DNA of 63,977 bases, counting the filler. It is 5 parts of 5 records of this genome, joined end to end, with 100 filler letters (N's around TTAATTAATTAA, not from the genome) between each part and the next. Parts side by side here need not be neighbours in the genome. Positions count along the whole stretch, not along the records: positions 38,015 to 54,694 come from SRR31147125_24310; positions 54,795 to 63,977 come from SRR31147125_24329; 3 more parts are not named here. One strand, given 5' to 3'. Made by a program: the position numbers and the translations under genes. Below are positions 51,509-62,493 of this stretch, piece after piece. Every line of letters starts with the position of its first letter. Within the stretch, counting starts at the first letter, position 1. The notes below the pieces were generated by a model. It saw only the letters and a program-made list of their open reading frames with translations, did no database searches and was not told where the DNA came from.

Positions 51509-52621
51509 ATGCGATCTATGCAATTATCACCAAAATTTAGGGAACACGTCATGTTAAAAAAAGAGAATATTATTCACTTTTCCCGATTGAGAAAAATCAA
51601 TCATATTCTCGTTCTCATTTTTCTAACAAGTTCCATTGTTTTTTCTCAGGATCAGGAAGAACCTCTGATAAAACAATTCAACCACATTCTGAAACAGAAA
51701 TATTTTCATGTGTCTGCTTTAGTGCAAGTCGTGGGAGATTATCAATCAAATAGAAGTTATTCCGGTCATAACGGGTTCGGTATCGCCCTATCCAGAGTTC
51801 GATTGAGGGGAGAACTTGATAAGGGTTTTTCCTACCTTTTCCAGTACGACTTTACAAAATCCTCCGCCATACTGGATGCGAAGATTCAATATAAAATCTC
51901 TCCCTTGTTTGTTATTGGAGTCGGTCTGTTCAAATCCCCCTTTAGTCGTGAATATCTCACCTATGCTGCTGATATCGATTTTATCAACCGGGCTCAGGTG
52001 GTTAACATCCTGGCACCCAAGCGCCAAATAGGCGTTGAACTCAGTGGATGGCTGCTACCAAATACACTGAAATATAACGCCGGGCTATTTAACGGTAATG
52101 GCTATAGCAGTACAGCCAATGATAACAACGAACTTTTAAGTGCAGCACGTATTTCATTCTATCCGCAGTGGCTTGATTTGAATCAGCGAAACAATCAATT
52201 CGAAATTGCATTAGATTATGCTCAAAGTAGAGACGAGAAGGTATCTATAGGGGATTTGTTCCCAACAGCATTTCGAGGCGATCGTGAATTAATTGGCGTT
52301 GATTTTCGCCTTATCTATAACCGGTTCCTATTGAGTGGCGAATTCATAACAGCCACACTGGAACCCATAAATGCTAATAAAATTGAACCATCCGGTTATC
52401 AGGTCACTTTTGGATATACATTGAACACAAAATATCAGTTATAGGCACGATTGGATAGCTTTACGCCGGATAATGCCACGGGTCAGGATTCAGATATTTT
52501 GATCCTTGGGGGTAACTTTTTCCCTTCAAGTCCAACCGCGCTTCAGTTAAATTATATTGTTCCAATTGATGATGACACTCAAAACAAACAACTTTTAATT
52601 AATTTTCAACTATCATTATAA
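51509..52621 (+). CDS. OprO/OprP-like porin with an in-frame TAG at 52442-52444
   Basis: RVRLRG, ILDA, GLFKSPFSRE, RQIG, FNGNG. After the TAG the frame stays open for 58 codons ending LLINFQLSL*. Confidence 0.75.
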
Positions 52622-52650
52622 ATATTTGACCTAAAATGGGGAGTACCACT

Positions 52651-52878
52651 ATGAAAGCAAAAACGATTATTCTCACTGTCATCGCGACTCTCTTTGTCGT
52701 CATTTTATTGCAAAACACAGAGGTTGTTACATTTCAGTTTTTGTTTTGGAAAATTTCAATGTCCAGGATTTTTATTTTACTTTTAATGCTTATCATCGGA
52801 TTTTTTCTTGGCTATACGACTGTTCAGGTGCGTAGCTATCGGAAAAAGAAAATGGCTAAACAAAAAAATCAGCTTTGA
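52651..52878 (+). CDS. LapA/DUF1049-like small membrane protein
   Basis: LQNTEVVTFQFLFW between two TM segments; basic tail. Confidence 0.8.
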   Translation: MKAKTIILTVIATLFVVILLQNTEVVTFQFLFWKISMSRIFILLLMLIIGFFLGYTTVQVRSYRKKKMAKQKNQL

Positions 52879-53104
52879 TCTGTATATTTCAAAATAGTAT
52901 TCCACAAATCAACAGGGATAGAAATTCAATTTAAAGTTGAGCTGAATACTATATAAATTTTCAAAAAACCGCCGTCACATTCTTTTGGACAGGTACTAAT
53001 TTCGGGAAAGATCAAAACAAGCATGTCACGTTTCTGATGCAACGCTGATATAATATGGCGACTTTTTTGAAGGATATTTTATTTCTTTTTAACAAGGAGG
53101 TGCA

Positions 53105-53997
53105 ATGAATATGTCAACTGTTCTTCAAATAATCGGAGCATGGGTTGTATCAACAGGTTTAAAAATAATCCTGATTTTGATTATCACCCTGGTGGCCATC
53201 AAAGCAATACAACTATTTTCAACCCGCATGTCATCCTTTTTTCAAAACAAAAAATAGACAGCGAATATAAAAAACGAGCTGATACGCTTGGTGCTGTTAT
53301 AAAACATGTTTTAACAGTTGTCATTATGGTTATAACTGTTATTATGATTTTGGGACAGCTGGGTGTCGAAATAGGTCCCATACTCGCTGCCGCAGGTATT
53401 ATTGGCCTGGCCGTGGGCTTTGGTGCTCAAAATCTGGTCAAGGACGTTATTAACGGCTTTTTTATCCTCCTGGAAGATCAGATACGTGTTGGTGATATCG
53501 TACAAATAGGTGGTCGTGGCGGTCTGGTGGAAAAGGTGAATCTGAAAATGACCGTTCTACGTGATGTCGCCGCAAACGTACATTATATTCCAAACGGCAC
53601 AATAGATGTCGTCACCAATATGACAAAAGGATTTTCGCGATATGTTATGGAAATTGGAGTCGCCTATCGCGAAGATACTGACCAGGTCATTCAAATCATT
53701 AAAACAGTGGATGAAAAGTTAAGGCAGGATGAAGAATTTAATATGGATATCCTGGAGTCAATCGAAATTTTAGGTCTCGATAAATTCGCAGATTCAGCCA
53801 TCATTATTAAAGCGCGAATTATGACAAAACCTGGAAAACAGTGGCGAATCGGACGGGAATTTAATCGACGACTTAAAATAGCCTTTGATGAAAATAATAT
53901 CGAGATTCCTTTCCCGCATGTCACACTCTATATGGGGCAGGATAAATCAGGACAAGCTCCACCCATGTCGGTAAAAATTCAAAATAACCAGGGTTAA
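53105..53997 (+). CDS. MscS-family mechanosensitive channel, frameshift near 53237-53254
   Basis: RBS AAGGAGG and ATG 53105 give a TM N-terminus; GLAVGFGAQNLVKD, IPNG, EIPFPH. Confidence 0.9.
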
Positions 53998-54167
53998 TTT
54001 CCATGTTATAACAGATATTTTCACATTTTTGTTTTCAGGTAGCTTGGTTATCTACCCGATCTTTTCTATTTTTAGAGTCAGTAAACAGTATGATTTCCCC
54101 TCCTCTGGATTACTTGTAACGAATATAGTTATTAGGCATTATCATTCTGTTTAATTTCTTTTCCATA

Positions 54168-54205
54168 TATCCATCCCATGCTTTTATTAATGCATGGGAT
54201 GGATA
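54168..54205. terminator. Terminator hairpin
   Basis: TATCCATCCCATGC-N10-GCATGGGATGGATA. Confidence 0.7.
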
Positions 54206-54244
54206 GAAATCACTATTCTATCAATAAAAAGAAAAAATATCCGT

Positions 54245-54463
54245 TTATCCTTCAACAAGAATCTTTTCAGCCCGATCAAACATATTGGGATATAAATTAA
54301 CCGGAACCTTTTCTTTACCCAACTGGGTCGCAATTTTATATCTCGCGCATATACTGTATTGACCTAAACAATATTTATTTTTATAGATCTTGCCCATTGC
54401 ACTGTCAATCGGCATCTTGTCATTAAAAAAAGGACAACCCTTTTAAAATTTACATTCAGCCAT
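54245..54463 (-). CDS. 72-aa four-Cys protein with an in-frame TAA at codon 7
   Basis: RBS AGGAG; MAECKF*KGCPFFNDKM..YKNKYCLGQYSICARY..LGKEKVPVNLYPN. Not in the ORF track. Confidence 0.65.
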
Positions 54464-54598
54464 TATATTACTCCTAATTGTTTAATAGGCAGGCGATAAT
54501 TACTCCATTAATATTATCAGCAAAAGAAAGAAAAATATGAGAAAAAATATTATATTTTCTCATAAAAACAAGATATTTCCCCGAACGTGAAATACATG

Positions 54599-54614
54599 TG
54601 GCATACCGGATGCT
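54599..54614 (+). promoter_or_regulatory. Possible sigma-54 promoter
   Basis: TGGCATACCGGATGCT has GG-N10-GC spacing; TATGAGAAAA/TTTTCTCATA palindrome upstream. The downstream gene is cut by the contig end. Confidence 0.3.
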
Positions 54615-54694
54615 TGCTCTCACACAAAAAAATACAAGCTGAAGGAGAAAATCAATATCAAAAAAGTCCTATGAAAGGAAAATGTGATGAGTTG

Positions 54695-54794
54695 NNNNNN
54701 NNNNNNNNNNNNNNNNNNNNNNNNNNNNNNNNNNNNNNTTAATTAATTAANNNNNNNNNNNNNNNNNNNNNNNNNNNNNNNNNNNNNNNNNNNN
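54695..54794. other. Artificial contig linker
   Basis: N run with TTAATTAATTAA. Confidence 0.98.
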
Positions 54795-54985
54795 TTTTTT
54801 TCTTTCTTGTGAAAAACTTTACCCTTTTGTTCCAGGATGCGCAACAATGTTCGAATAGTGGAATAGCTTGGTGCACCAGGAATATTTTTCCGGACTTCCT
54901 CAGCGGTTGCCTTGCCCAACCTAATCAAAATGTCCATGATCTGTCTCTCTCTACGACTCAGGTCAATAATGTCTTGATTTTCCAT
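54795..54985 (-). CDS. BlaI/MecI/CopY family repressor, partial
   Basis: LSRRERQIMDIL..PSYSTIRTLLRILEQKG. Confidence 0.9.
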
Positions 54986-55017
54986 ATTTCTCCCGGATGT
55001 ATTTATTTATGCTCAAA

Positions 55018-55090
55018 TGTTAATTTTTTAACAGTTAAATAATATACATATTTTTAACAAAATGTCAAGTTAAATGTTAATTTTTTAACA
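55018..55090 (-). promoter_or_regulatory. Two identical palindromic operators flanking a sigma-70 promoter
   Basis: TGTTAATTTTTTAACA at 55018-33 and 55075-90. Minus-strand TTGACA (55068-63) and TATATT (55046-41) lie between them. Confidence 0.75.
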
Positions 55091-55278
55091 TTTCCACCTA
55101 TTTTGGGTCACCACTGCTTATTCTTTCATCAGCAAGGTAGAGTCGTTCTAGTCAGAAATGGCTGTTTGTTAAAGCCCCGTACTAAACCAACCAAACAATT
55201 GGGCTGTTGCAATCGGGTGCAGCAAGATGTCATATTACCGTTTTGCGCATGCAGATAGTTTAACCAATTCGAGAGCAA

Positions 55279-56733
55279 CTATTTCACTACTTCAACTAAA
55301 GCCACGTAGGGGCGATTGCTCGGTGTTGTCAGGCAGATACGTCCACGGTCTCCCCAATCGTTTCTGCTGCCTTCCCACACTACTTTTACAATCTCTGGAT
55401 CCGCCCATTCTAATCTGTCAATATCAAGCCATCGCACCTTCAACTCGTCTACGTAAATCCACGGATCGAGATCAACTGTGCTACGTCCCGGCGGAAAGTA
55501 GACCGCGTATTGCGAACCGATTTCTGCCGTCACATATGCTTCCATGGAGCTGGGAGCCGCTACCCTATGCGAAAAAAGGTCGTTGTGCGGTGAGGTAGAA
55601 AAGATATCTAATTCTTTCAGGAGCATAACCATTGCTTTCAGGTTCGTTTGAACTCGCTTATTAAGTCCCGAGCCCCACACACGTGGTTCAGCAGGTCGAT
55701 GAAAACGGCTCGATGCACAACCGGCAAAAATATTACGCCAGAAACGATTGACGGCCTCTGTTTCCGTGCCAGCCGAATAGTTTACGCCATCCTTTCCCCC
55801 ATACACTTTTTCGTTATTCATTGGCATGGGTCCGGCAGCGTGTGAGGCAATCTTCTTTCGCCAGTTGAGGATATTATCCCAGTGACTTTTACCTCTTCCT
55901 CCTCTTGAATCCTGGTTATTCTGAGATATCTCGACAAAGCTGTAAATATTACGGTATGTCATTGCAGTGCGTACAGAGTTTGTAGGATCAAACTGCATGG
56001 TAGTCACATATGCTTTACGGTTCAAATCTTCTGCAGTCTTTATGATATATTGCGCCCAGTGGTTTTCCCACACTATTCCCTCACCGCTCTCATTGTTAAT
56101 ATTGTAGAGAACGTTGCCGTACTTGAGCGTGATCGAAAGAAGCTTGTCTATATACTTTTGTTGATAATGAAGTCCCTGCTTCGCCTCGCTGGACACGGCA
56201 GCGTTGAAATCATCATGACCCGTCCACGAGCCGGATTCCATATTTATGTTGTTATCCGGATTCCATGGAGTCGCGGCCCACCTTCTCCCACTAATATCGA
56301 AATGATCCCAAATGCTGAGTTGGACGATGATTCCGCGCTTTGTGGTCTCGTCAAGGAAGAACTTTAGACGATTCCAGTATTCGTCGTTCCACTGATTTAG
56401 GTCGTAAACGCCGTCTTTAATTTCTTTAAAGGCGAAAACGTTGCCTTCGTCACGATCGGACATGGTATTTCGCACATAGTTACCGCCGACAGACACAAGC
56501 AGGTCCAGATGGTTGGTCAGCTTATCACCGGTCCACTGAAAGAGGTTATCTTCGTCTGTACCGCCTATGAGCACGACAGGCCCACCTTTATACTGCCAGT
56601 ACCATGCATTCCTGGTGTATGGTTCAATCGGACCATTACTTCCATCTTCGAAGGCACGAATAGAGGAAGAAAGTAGCAATACTAATATTATTGCCGCATA
56701 TAACGATGCTTGTTTCAGTCTTTTTAATAACAT
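55279..56733 (-). CDS. Secreted clan GH-A-like TIM-barrel putative glycosidase with C-terminal beta domain
   Basis: Signal peptide; GGNYVRN, YWNRL, NVLYNINNE (acid/base-like), NNEKVYG, RWLD tail. Confidence 0.6.
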   Translation of the reverse strand: MLLKRLKQASLYAAIILVLLLSSSIRAFEDGSNGPIEPYTRNAWYWQYKGGPVVLIGGTDEDNLFQWTGDKLTNHLDLLVSVGGNYVRNTMSDRDEGNVFAFKEIKDGVYDLNQWNDEYWNRLKFFLDETTKRGIIVQLSIWDHFDISGRRWAATPWNPDNNINMESGSWTGHDDFNAAVSSEAKQGLHYQQKYIDKLLSITLKYGNVLYNINNESGEGIVWENHWAQYIIKTAEDLNRKAYVTTMQFDPTNSVRTAMTYRNIYSFVEISQNNQDSRGGRGKSHWDNILNWRKKIASHAAGPMPMNNEKVYGGKDGVNYSAGTETEAVNRFWRNIFAGCASSRFHRPAEPRVWGSGLNKRVQTNLKAMVMLLKELDIFSTSPHNDLFSHRVAAPSSMEAYVTAEIGSQYAVYFPPGRSTVDLDPWIYVDELKVRWLDIDRLEWADPEIVKVVWEGSRNDWGDRGRICLTTPSNRPYVALVEVVK

Positions 56734-56939
56734 GTGGGATTTCTCCTCTCAATATTATGATAAAAGCTGTATATAACCGTAAATTAGAATAAAAAGATCG
56801 AAAATATTGGCCGCCTGGATTAACCAGGACAGCAACTTTTCAAACCGTTCATACATTTTTTTATATGCACATATAAAATATAGAATTTTAACCCAGCTTG
56901 CCTATATTTGCCGTTGTGTGCCGCTCTTTTATCGCTCCA

Positions 56940-57235
56940 CTATGGTTTTACAGTAAAGATCATACGCTTATATGCGTTGAGAGCAGGCCTATCTCTATCC
57001 CTGACCTGAAAGATCATATGAATCGTGCAAGGTTCATCAACCTCTGGAGCTATAAGACTTGTCTCTTTAGAAAATGGATTATCTATCTTAACCATTCCAT
57101 TGTAGGGTCCTGCTTTATAATATTGCCATCATTTGTGGTTTTTTCATAATCTCGTAATCCATTCTTAATAGCAAACAAAAATGTCGGGAAATTTCCCTCA
57201 CTTACATTATCCTGGGAATATAAAACATTTAATGA
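56940..57235 (-). pseudogene. DUF1593 gene relic
   Basis: VSEGNFPT and *WQYYKAGPYNG..APEVDEPCTIHMIFQVRDRG..AYKRMIFTV align by eye to 61023-62480 (RSEGDSPAF; WWQYKEADTYNG..TIHVICQVTDTG..RYQRIVVTV). Confidence 0.6.
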
Positions 57236-57296
57236 TCCATGATTATTTTTTACCTCGTTCTCTATAAATTCATATGTAAACGACTGTTTGCGGTAG

Positions 57297-57479
57297 TTAC
57301 ATGATCCGAAAGTAATGATTAAGTAGAATGATTCTTAAGGTGGTACTTTTTCCTTTTACAGCTACCAGCTTATTTTTCTCATCCTCTGTTCGAATCCTGG
57401 CCATGTTTATATTTTTGGGCCGACCGCCAATAAACCGCTGGTAGTACATCAAATTGTGCGCAATTCGAATCGCTTCCAC
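57297..57479 (-). pseudogene. PL10 pectate lyase relic
   Basis: EAIRIAHNLMYYQRFIGGRPKNINMA resembles the PL10 motif A(D)NxxxYQRxxGGWPKN(I)DM; truncated. Confidence 0.6.
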
Positions 57480-57527
57480 TGCCCATTGCAGTCGTCAGGT
57501 TGATTGAAAGCTTGTCCAGCATTCATC

Positions 57528-58855
57528 CTACTTACTGGTCTTTGGAGCGATACAGCGATCTGCCCTTTGGGCAAAATCCTGCAAATATTGTCGTCGAAAA
57601 ACATTCACTGTTTTAGCTCCGCTATGTGCTCCTTCTTTGTATTTGGGGTCCAAAATATCTGTCCACCAATTGGTGTGCTCGACCGCATCAGGAAACAGCG
57701 AAAGTGAATTCTCCGGTACACTGGTAAACTGACCGGTTTGTCCATTCAATTCCGGAATACTACTTTTGGTTTTGTACGACCATTTCCCAACAGCCTTGGG
57801 AGACCAGCGTACTTTATAAACACCGTCACCATAATAATAGCCCTCAAATTCCTGCTTGCTAATAATCAGGCTGAACTGCGGTGTATCATTGGCAGGACCG
57901 ATATCAGGACCGTTCAGCACAAGTTCCATAATGCCAAAAACTTCGACTTTATCATTAAGTGCGGGATGGCCGTGGAACACGGTTTTAGGACGAAGGGAAA
58001 CCGGCCGATAGCGTCCTCCCCAGCCGGTTTGTGTCGGATCATCAGGATCACCATACAGCAGATAACCGACGCTTGGTGTATCCCCCATTTTGATCTTTCC
58101 GTCATAGAAATTCTGAAAATAGTCTCCGAGCGCACCATGAGATTTTAATTGATATTCAAAAAAATTCTCGTAAGTTCCCGGTCCCTGACACCACCAACAA
58201 ACCAGCCACGATAGGTGGAATTGCTCTCAATCATCCACAAATCCGGAAAATTTTCCTCGATATAGTTATACGCGTCCGCTCCCCACTTTTTATTAGGACC
58301 GCCAATATAATAAATCCGGATTTTTTCCTGAATTGACGGATCATCGTGGAGAGCCTGCGCAACATCTTCCAACAACCCCCACACAAGGATATAGAGCGGC
58401 CGTTGATCCTGTTTATGAGCACATTTTATTATCCATTCAGAACCTTCCGTAGCCTCCCGATAACCTTTACCAGGCGCCCGCTCCTTTGCACCCTGTTTGG
58501 TTATAAATCGCAACTCGTCCGGCGTTGGATATTTATCGGAATAGGACCGTAAATTTTTATAATCTTTTTCATACTTTTCAATGACCTCAAAAATGTGCTC
58601 TTTCCTTCCCTGCCCCCATGGAGATGAGATCAATCCTTCGGTATCAAACAGGTCAATGTACATCAGGTAGTGAATCATGGATTGAAAATCGTCGGGATCG
58701 CTACCGCCAATATCTGTGGAAATGATAACCCGAAATCGTTCACCGGACAGGGCATCGTCACCGTCTTGCTGATTCTGAGCATTCGTTAATGCAATCATAA
58801 CGAAAATTGAAAGAATGAATATCTTTTTAAATAGTTTCATCTGAATATTCCTCAT
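57528..58855 (-). CDS. Secreted DUF1593 (nucleoside-hydrolase-like) protein with an Ig-like C-terminal domain; frameshift near 58160-58190
   Basis: RVIISTDIGGSDPDDFQS, RPLYILVWG. The shifted frame continues HGALGDYF..IKMGDTPS..GWGG. Confidence 0.8.
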
Positions 58856-59101
58856 TCACCCCGTAAAATGTTTGAATTCTTTATTTTTGCAGATTTTCCC
58901 ATTCGAATAGAAAGAATTGTCATAATTTAAATTTGTGGGATGAATTGCAAGATGGTCAAAACAAATTCTTTTTTTCAAGTAGTGAAGAAATCGTCTTTAA
59001 TCTAATTGCGAAAATCGGAGCTAAATATATTTTGGGATTATGAATTTGGTATTGTTTCCATTTATATAATGACCAATTAATAATTTGGTAATTATGTCTG
59101 G

Positions 59102-61015
59102 CTATTTCTGTGTAGGAATAGCCAAAAAATTACGAATATAAAAAACCGCTTCATCGACCGGCTCATCTGCTCCGGGTTCATCCCAGCCTGGTTTAAAATC
59201 ATCGCCACTTTTGTATTCCTGCACATCATCGGTCAGTCTGTATTCGCCTGTACGGAAAATAATTCGTTCGGGCATATCACCTTTTGCCGAGAAATTCCAG
59301 GATTTGGCTATCTCCTTACCATCCAATACCAGATCAAAAGATTTCTTTTTAAAATTTGTTTTTATCAAAAGTGTATACCAGTTTTTGGACTCCAGTTGTG
59401 TGAGATTATTCAGTTCTGTTTCGCCATTTCTGGCTTTTAATAATCCATCTTTATCAATTCTCGTTTGGATCAATCTTGATCCATTGTCAGAAACAACTTC
59501 GATATCAAGTACACCCGGATTTGATTCCACATAAAAATCAAAAGAAACAGATTGCCTGGGCGTCTTTTCAAAAACACGAACGGCCTTGGCATAGTCATAA
59601 GGATCTTTATCTTTTAATGATAAACTCTTTTTGTCGAATCCGGGAAAATCAACAATCTCCACAGGGCACCATTTTGGCGAATAAACATTCCAGTTCGCCA
59701 CAACACCGCTGGTTTGCAATCTGTTAAAATCATCTTTAACCGGCCCATCAACCTCCCACTGCACCGGCACTGGAACCCTGGAAATCCACATATCTTCTTT
59801 ATTGACAGAGTATACAACCCACAGGTCGTCGCCCGGCGGATTTCCATTGCCTTCAATAATTCCTCGAACGTACTGCGGGCCAGGCCGCTTTTCACGTCCC
59901 CAAAAGCGTTTTAGCGGAACTTCACCATGAACATTAACAAGATTGTCAAATTTTTCACCATCATCACTAATTGCAATACTAAGTGGATGGCGAGCCGACG
60001 AATTGACGGGATTATAAACAGCAGCAAATTGACCATTCTCCAACCGCTGTGCCCAGATTTTAGCACCGCCATAAGTTAGCGTTTCGCAGTAAACCGGATC
60101 AGCCCAGGTATCGCCGTTATCTTTTGAAGTGGTTACCCAACGGCCTTTAAAAAAACCCACAATCGTTCCATCGTTTTTGGTATAAAAGCAAAAACCTTTT
60201 CCGGGTTCGACATTATCACCTTCTTTAATCCATGGTACCCGGTAAAATTCATCCTTTTCCTTTGTCAGGCGATCTTCTTCCCACCACTGAATTCGGCGGA
60301 CTTTATCGTTCAACATGTCCCGGCAGGCCTGGACAAATCCTTCATCAGGCGATTCAGTGTACAAGGGAAATAATAGTTCATCGGTCCAGTTATCGTTCGG
60401 ACGTATAAAGTAGATGGGGCTGAGATTACGATCCTGATAAATTTCCCGAACCACACGTCCGACTCCATAACCTTCATTAGCTCCGTAATATGCCAAAAGC
60501 AGCAATCGGCCATTTGGGGCAACGTAAAATCCCATGCGCTGATGCATGTGAATAAATTTAATCGTCGCCTTTTCGCCGACGAGATAGTAAATGGGGAAAG
60601 CCACTTGTGGTTTGGCCCAGTTTTTTCCATCTATTGAAGTGGTAAGCAGAGTTACACCAGGCGGTATATGCTCGCCGGTTGGATTGCTGAGGTATTCGCA
60701 GTAAAATTTGCCGTTCCAATATGCCAGCATGGGAGCGTGGTTGTATGTCCAACCAAGCCCATCGGACCATTCAGGATGTGTGCGATTCGCCCGCAAAATT
60801 TGGTAATTTTGCACTCCAAGCGCTGGTCGCAATTGGCCGTCGTGATAACCGTTTTTATAGTCGCTGTTTGACTGTTTCGGTTCGCCGATATATCGGACTG
60901 GATCTGGTTCCGCTGATAATCCAAAACGCAAAAAACAAAAAAGCATAAAAAATATTTTTAATTTCAAGAACCTCATAACGGAAATTGCTCCTGTTTTGGT
61001 TTCTTTGAACTCCAT
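59102..61015 (-). CDS. BNR/sialidase-fold glycosidase resembling the GH143 (BT1020 N-terminal) domain
   Basis: HDGQLRPALGV..RANR..GWTYNHAPMLAYWNGKFY; Asp boxes SIDGKNW, SKDNGDTW, SDDGEKF; GPQYVRG. Confidence 0.65.
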   Translation of the reverse strand: MEFKETKTGAISVMRFLKLKIFFMLFCFLRFGLSAEPDPVRYIGEPKQSNSDYKNGYHDGQLRPALGVQNYQILRANRTHPEWSDGLGWTYNHAPMLAYWNGKFYCEYLSNPTGEHIPPGVTLLTTSIDGKNWAKPQVAFPIYYLVGEKATIKFIHMHQRMGFYVAPNGRLLLLAYYGANEGYGVGRVVREIYQDRNLSPIYFIRPNDNWTDELLFPLYTESPDEGFVQACRDMLNDKVRRIQWWEEDRLTKEKDEFYRVPWIKEGDNVEPGKGFCFYTKNDGTIVGFFKGRWVTTSKDNGDTWADPVYCETLTYGGAKIWAQRLENGQFAAVYNPVNSSARHPLSIAISDDGEKFDNLVNVHGEVPLKRFWGREKRPGPQYVRGIIEGNGNPPGDDLWVVYSVNKEDMWISRVPVPVQWEVDGPVKDDFNRLQTSGVVANWNVYSPKWCPVEIVDFPGFDKKSLSLKDKDPYDYAKAVRVFEKTPRQSVSFDFYVESNPGVLDIEVVSDNGSRLIQTRIDKDGLLKARNGETELNNLTQLESKNWYTLLIKTNFKKKSFDLVLDGKEIAKSWNFSAKGDMPERIIFRTGEYRLTDDVQEYKSGDDFKPGWDEPGADEPVDEAVFYIRNFLAIPTQK

Positions 61016-61022
61016 AACATGA

Positions 61023-62480
61023 TTATTCCACTGTGACCACTATCCGCTGATACCTTGTAAGTTGAGGAGTTCCTGTATCCGTCACTTGGCAGATAACGTG
61101 GATTGTTTCATCTTTGCCCGCATCGTCAGGCACAATAAACGAAGCGTCCTGATTTTCGGCATCCCGGATTTCAATTTGGCCGTTATATGTATCGGCTTCT
61201 TTGTATTGCCACCAACTAAATGACAGGTTATCACCGTCCGGGTCATTAGTTCCCTGTGCGCTTAGTTTTACGGTAGCGCCTGGTTCTACTTTCAGGTCGT
61301 TTGCATACCCCAACACAACCACCGGTGGATGATTGGCTTCCTCATACGAATTCACACACCAGTCGGCTCTCGATGCAAAGTCGTTCTGCAAGGCATAAGA
61401 CCATCGCCACATGGGTTTAAAATATTCTTTATATGCTTCACTTGTTGATGAAGTCAAACCGTCTCTTGTACTGTTCCTTCCCCAGGCTGTTCCCGTGTAC
61501 CATCGTCCTTTGGGATACACATATCCTTCGACTGGCACAGGGTCAAGCCAGGTATTTTCACGCACCAGCGTATATCGACCACCCCAACCACCCCAGTCCG
61601 GTGATTCCATACTGCGCAAACCGGTCACTATGCTATGCAGAAATGCCGGAGAATCACCCTCTGAGCGGAAATCACCGTCGACGAATCTATCATCATCACC
61701 GGTATGGGCTTTGTAAAGTGAGCACAGCGGTCCATGATTTTGTAGAATATTTTTCTTCATCCATTCCCCGTTGAAATACGGCTGCATCTCCTTAGGCTGA
61801 ATTCCTTTCCAGCGATAGGCAATTGCCTCAAACTGATCCGAAATGATCGTCTGGATGTTATACTTTCCCCAATTTGGCCGGATGTAGGCCTGATAAGTCG
61901 AATCCTGTTCCCAGATAAGAAATAATCGAACCTTTTTCACTACCTCAGCCATCTTTTCCGGATGCTCTTCCTGAATCGTTTTTAAGGCACGGGAAATCGT
62001 GTTTGGACCACCCCATGCTTGCAGCCAAACCGGTCGATTGTCAGTCTCGTCCAGCAGTACTTTTACGATTAATTGTGAACCCGCCGTGACGTCACCCATC
62101 TCGCCTTCTGACTTTACATTACCCAAAACTGCCCGTTCTCTCAGGTATTCAGGTGTCGGATACGCCGAATCATGTTTCACAAGGTTTGGATAAACCTGTG
62201 CATACGCATCCAGGTATGGCTCAATCCAGTCATCGCCTGCCCATCGGTGTCCCTGCCAGTGGTACTGTGAACTCGATGTGACGATTCCCTCCACATCCCA
62301 TTCATTCGTATAAAGCAGGAACCGGACCATGGAACATTCGTCGTCAATCTCACCATCACTTGTGACAATAACACGTGGTTTCTCCAATAGGCTTGTTTGT
62401 TGAGAGTTTTTATCATCGCTGCAGGAGATTGTGTTAAGGAGAACCATTACAGCAACAAAAAATATCGTAAACCTTTTCAT
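61023..62480 (-). CDS. DUF1593 (nucleoside-hydrolase-like) lipoprotein with an Ig-like tail
   Basis: Lipobox TISC; KPRVIVTSDGEIDDECSMVRFLLY, WGGPNT, SEGDSPAF, GGWGGR, QNDFASRADW, ANHPP. Confidence 0.85.
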   Translation of the reverse strand: MKRFTIFFVAVMVLLNTISCSDDKNSQQTSLLEKPRVIVTSDGEIDDECSMVRFLLYTNEWDVEGIVTSSSQYHWQGHRWAGDDWIEPYLDAYAQVYPNLVKHDSAYPTPEYLRERAVLGNVKSEGEMGDVTAGSQLIVKVLLDETDNRPVWLQAWGGPNTISRALKTIQEEHPEKMAEVVKKVRLFLIWEQDSTYQAYIRPNWGKYNIQTIISDQFEAIAYRWKGIQPKEMQPYFNGEWMKKNILQNHGPLCSLYKAHTGDDDRFVDGDFRSEGDSPAFLHSIVTGLRSMESPDWGGWGGRYTLVRENTWLDPVPVEGYVYPKGRWYTGTAWGRNSTRDGLTSSTSEAYKEYFKPMWRWSYALQNDFASRADWCVNSYEEANHPPVVVLGYANDLKVEPGATVKLSAQGTNDPDGDNLSFSWWQYKEADTYNGQIEIRDAENQDASFIVPDDAGKDETIHVICQVTDTGTPQLTRYQRIVVTVE

Positions 62481-62493
62481 GATAAATTACTCC

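Noticed and set aside
38015-54694. Genome-wide stop-codon reassignment on contig 4
   Set aside because: Only one clear internal TAG and one internal TAA, each one base from Leu; TAA and TGA end normal genes.
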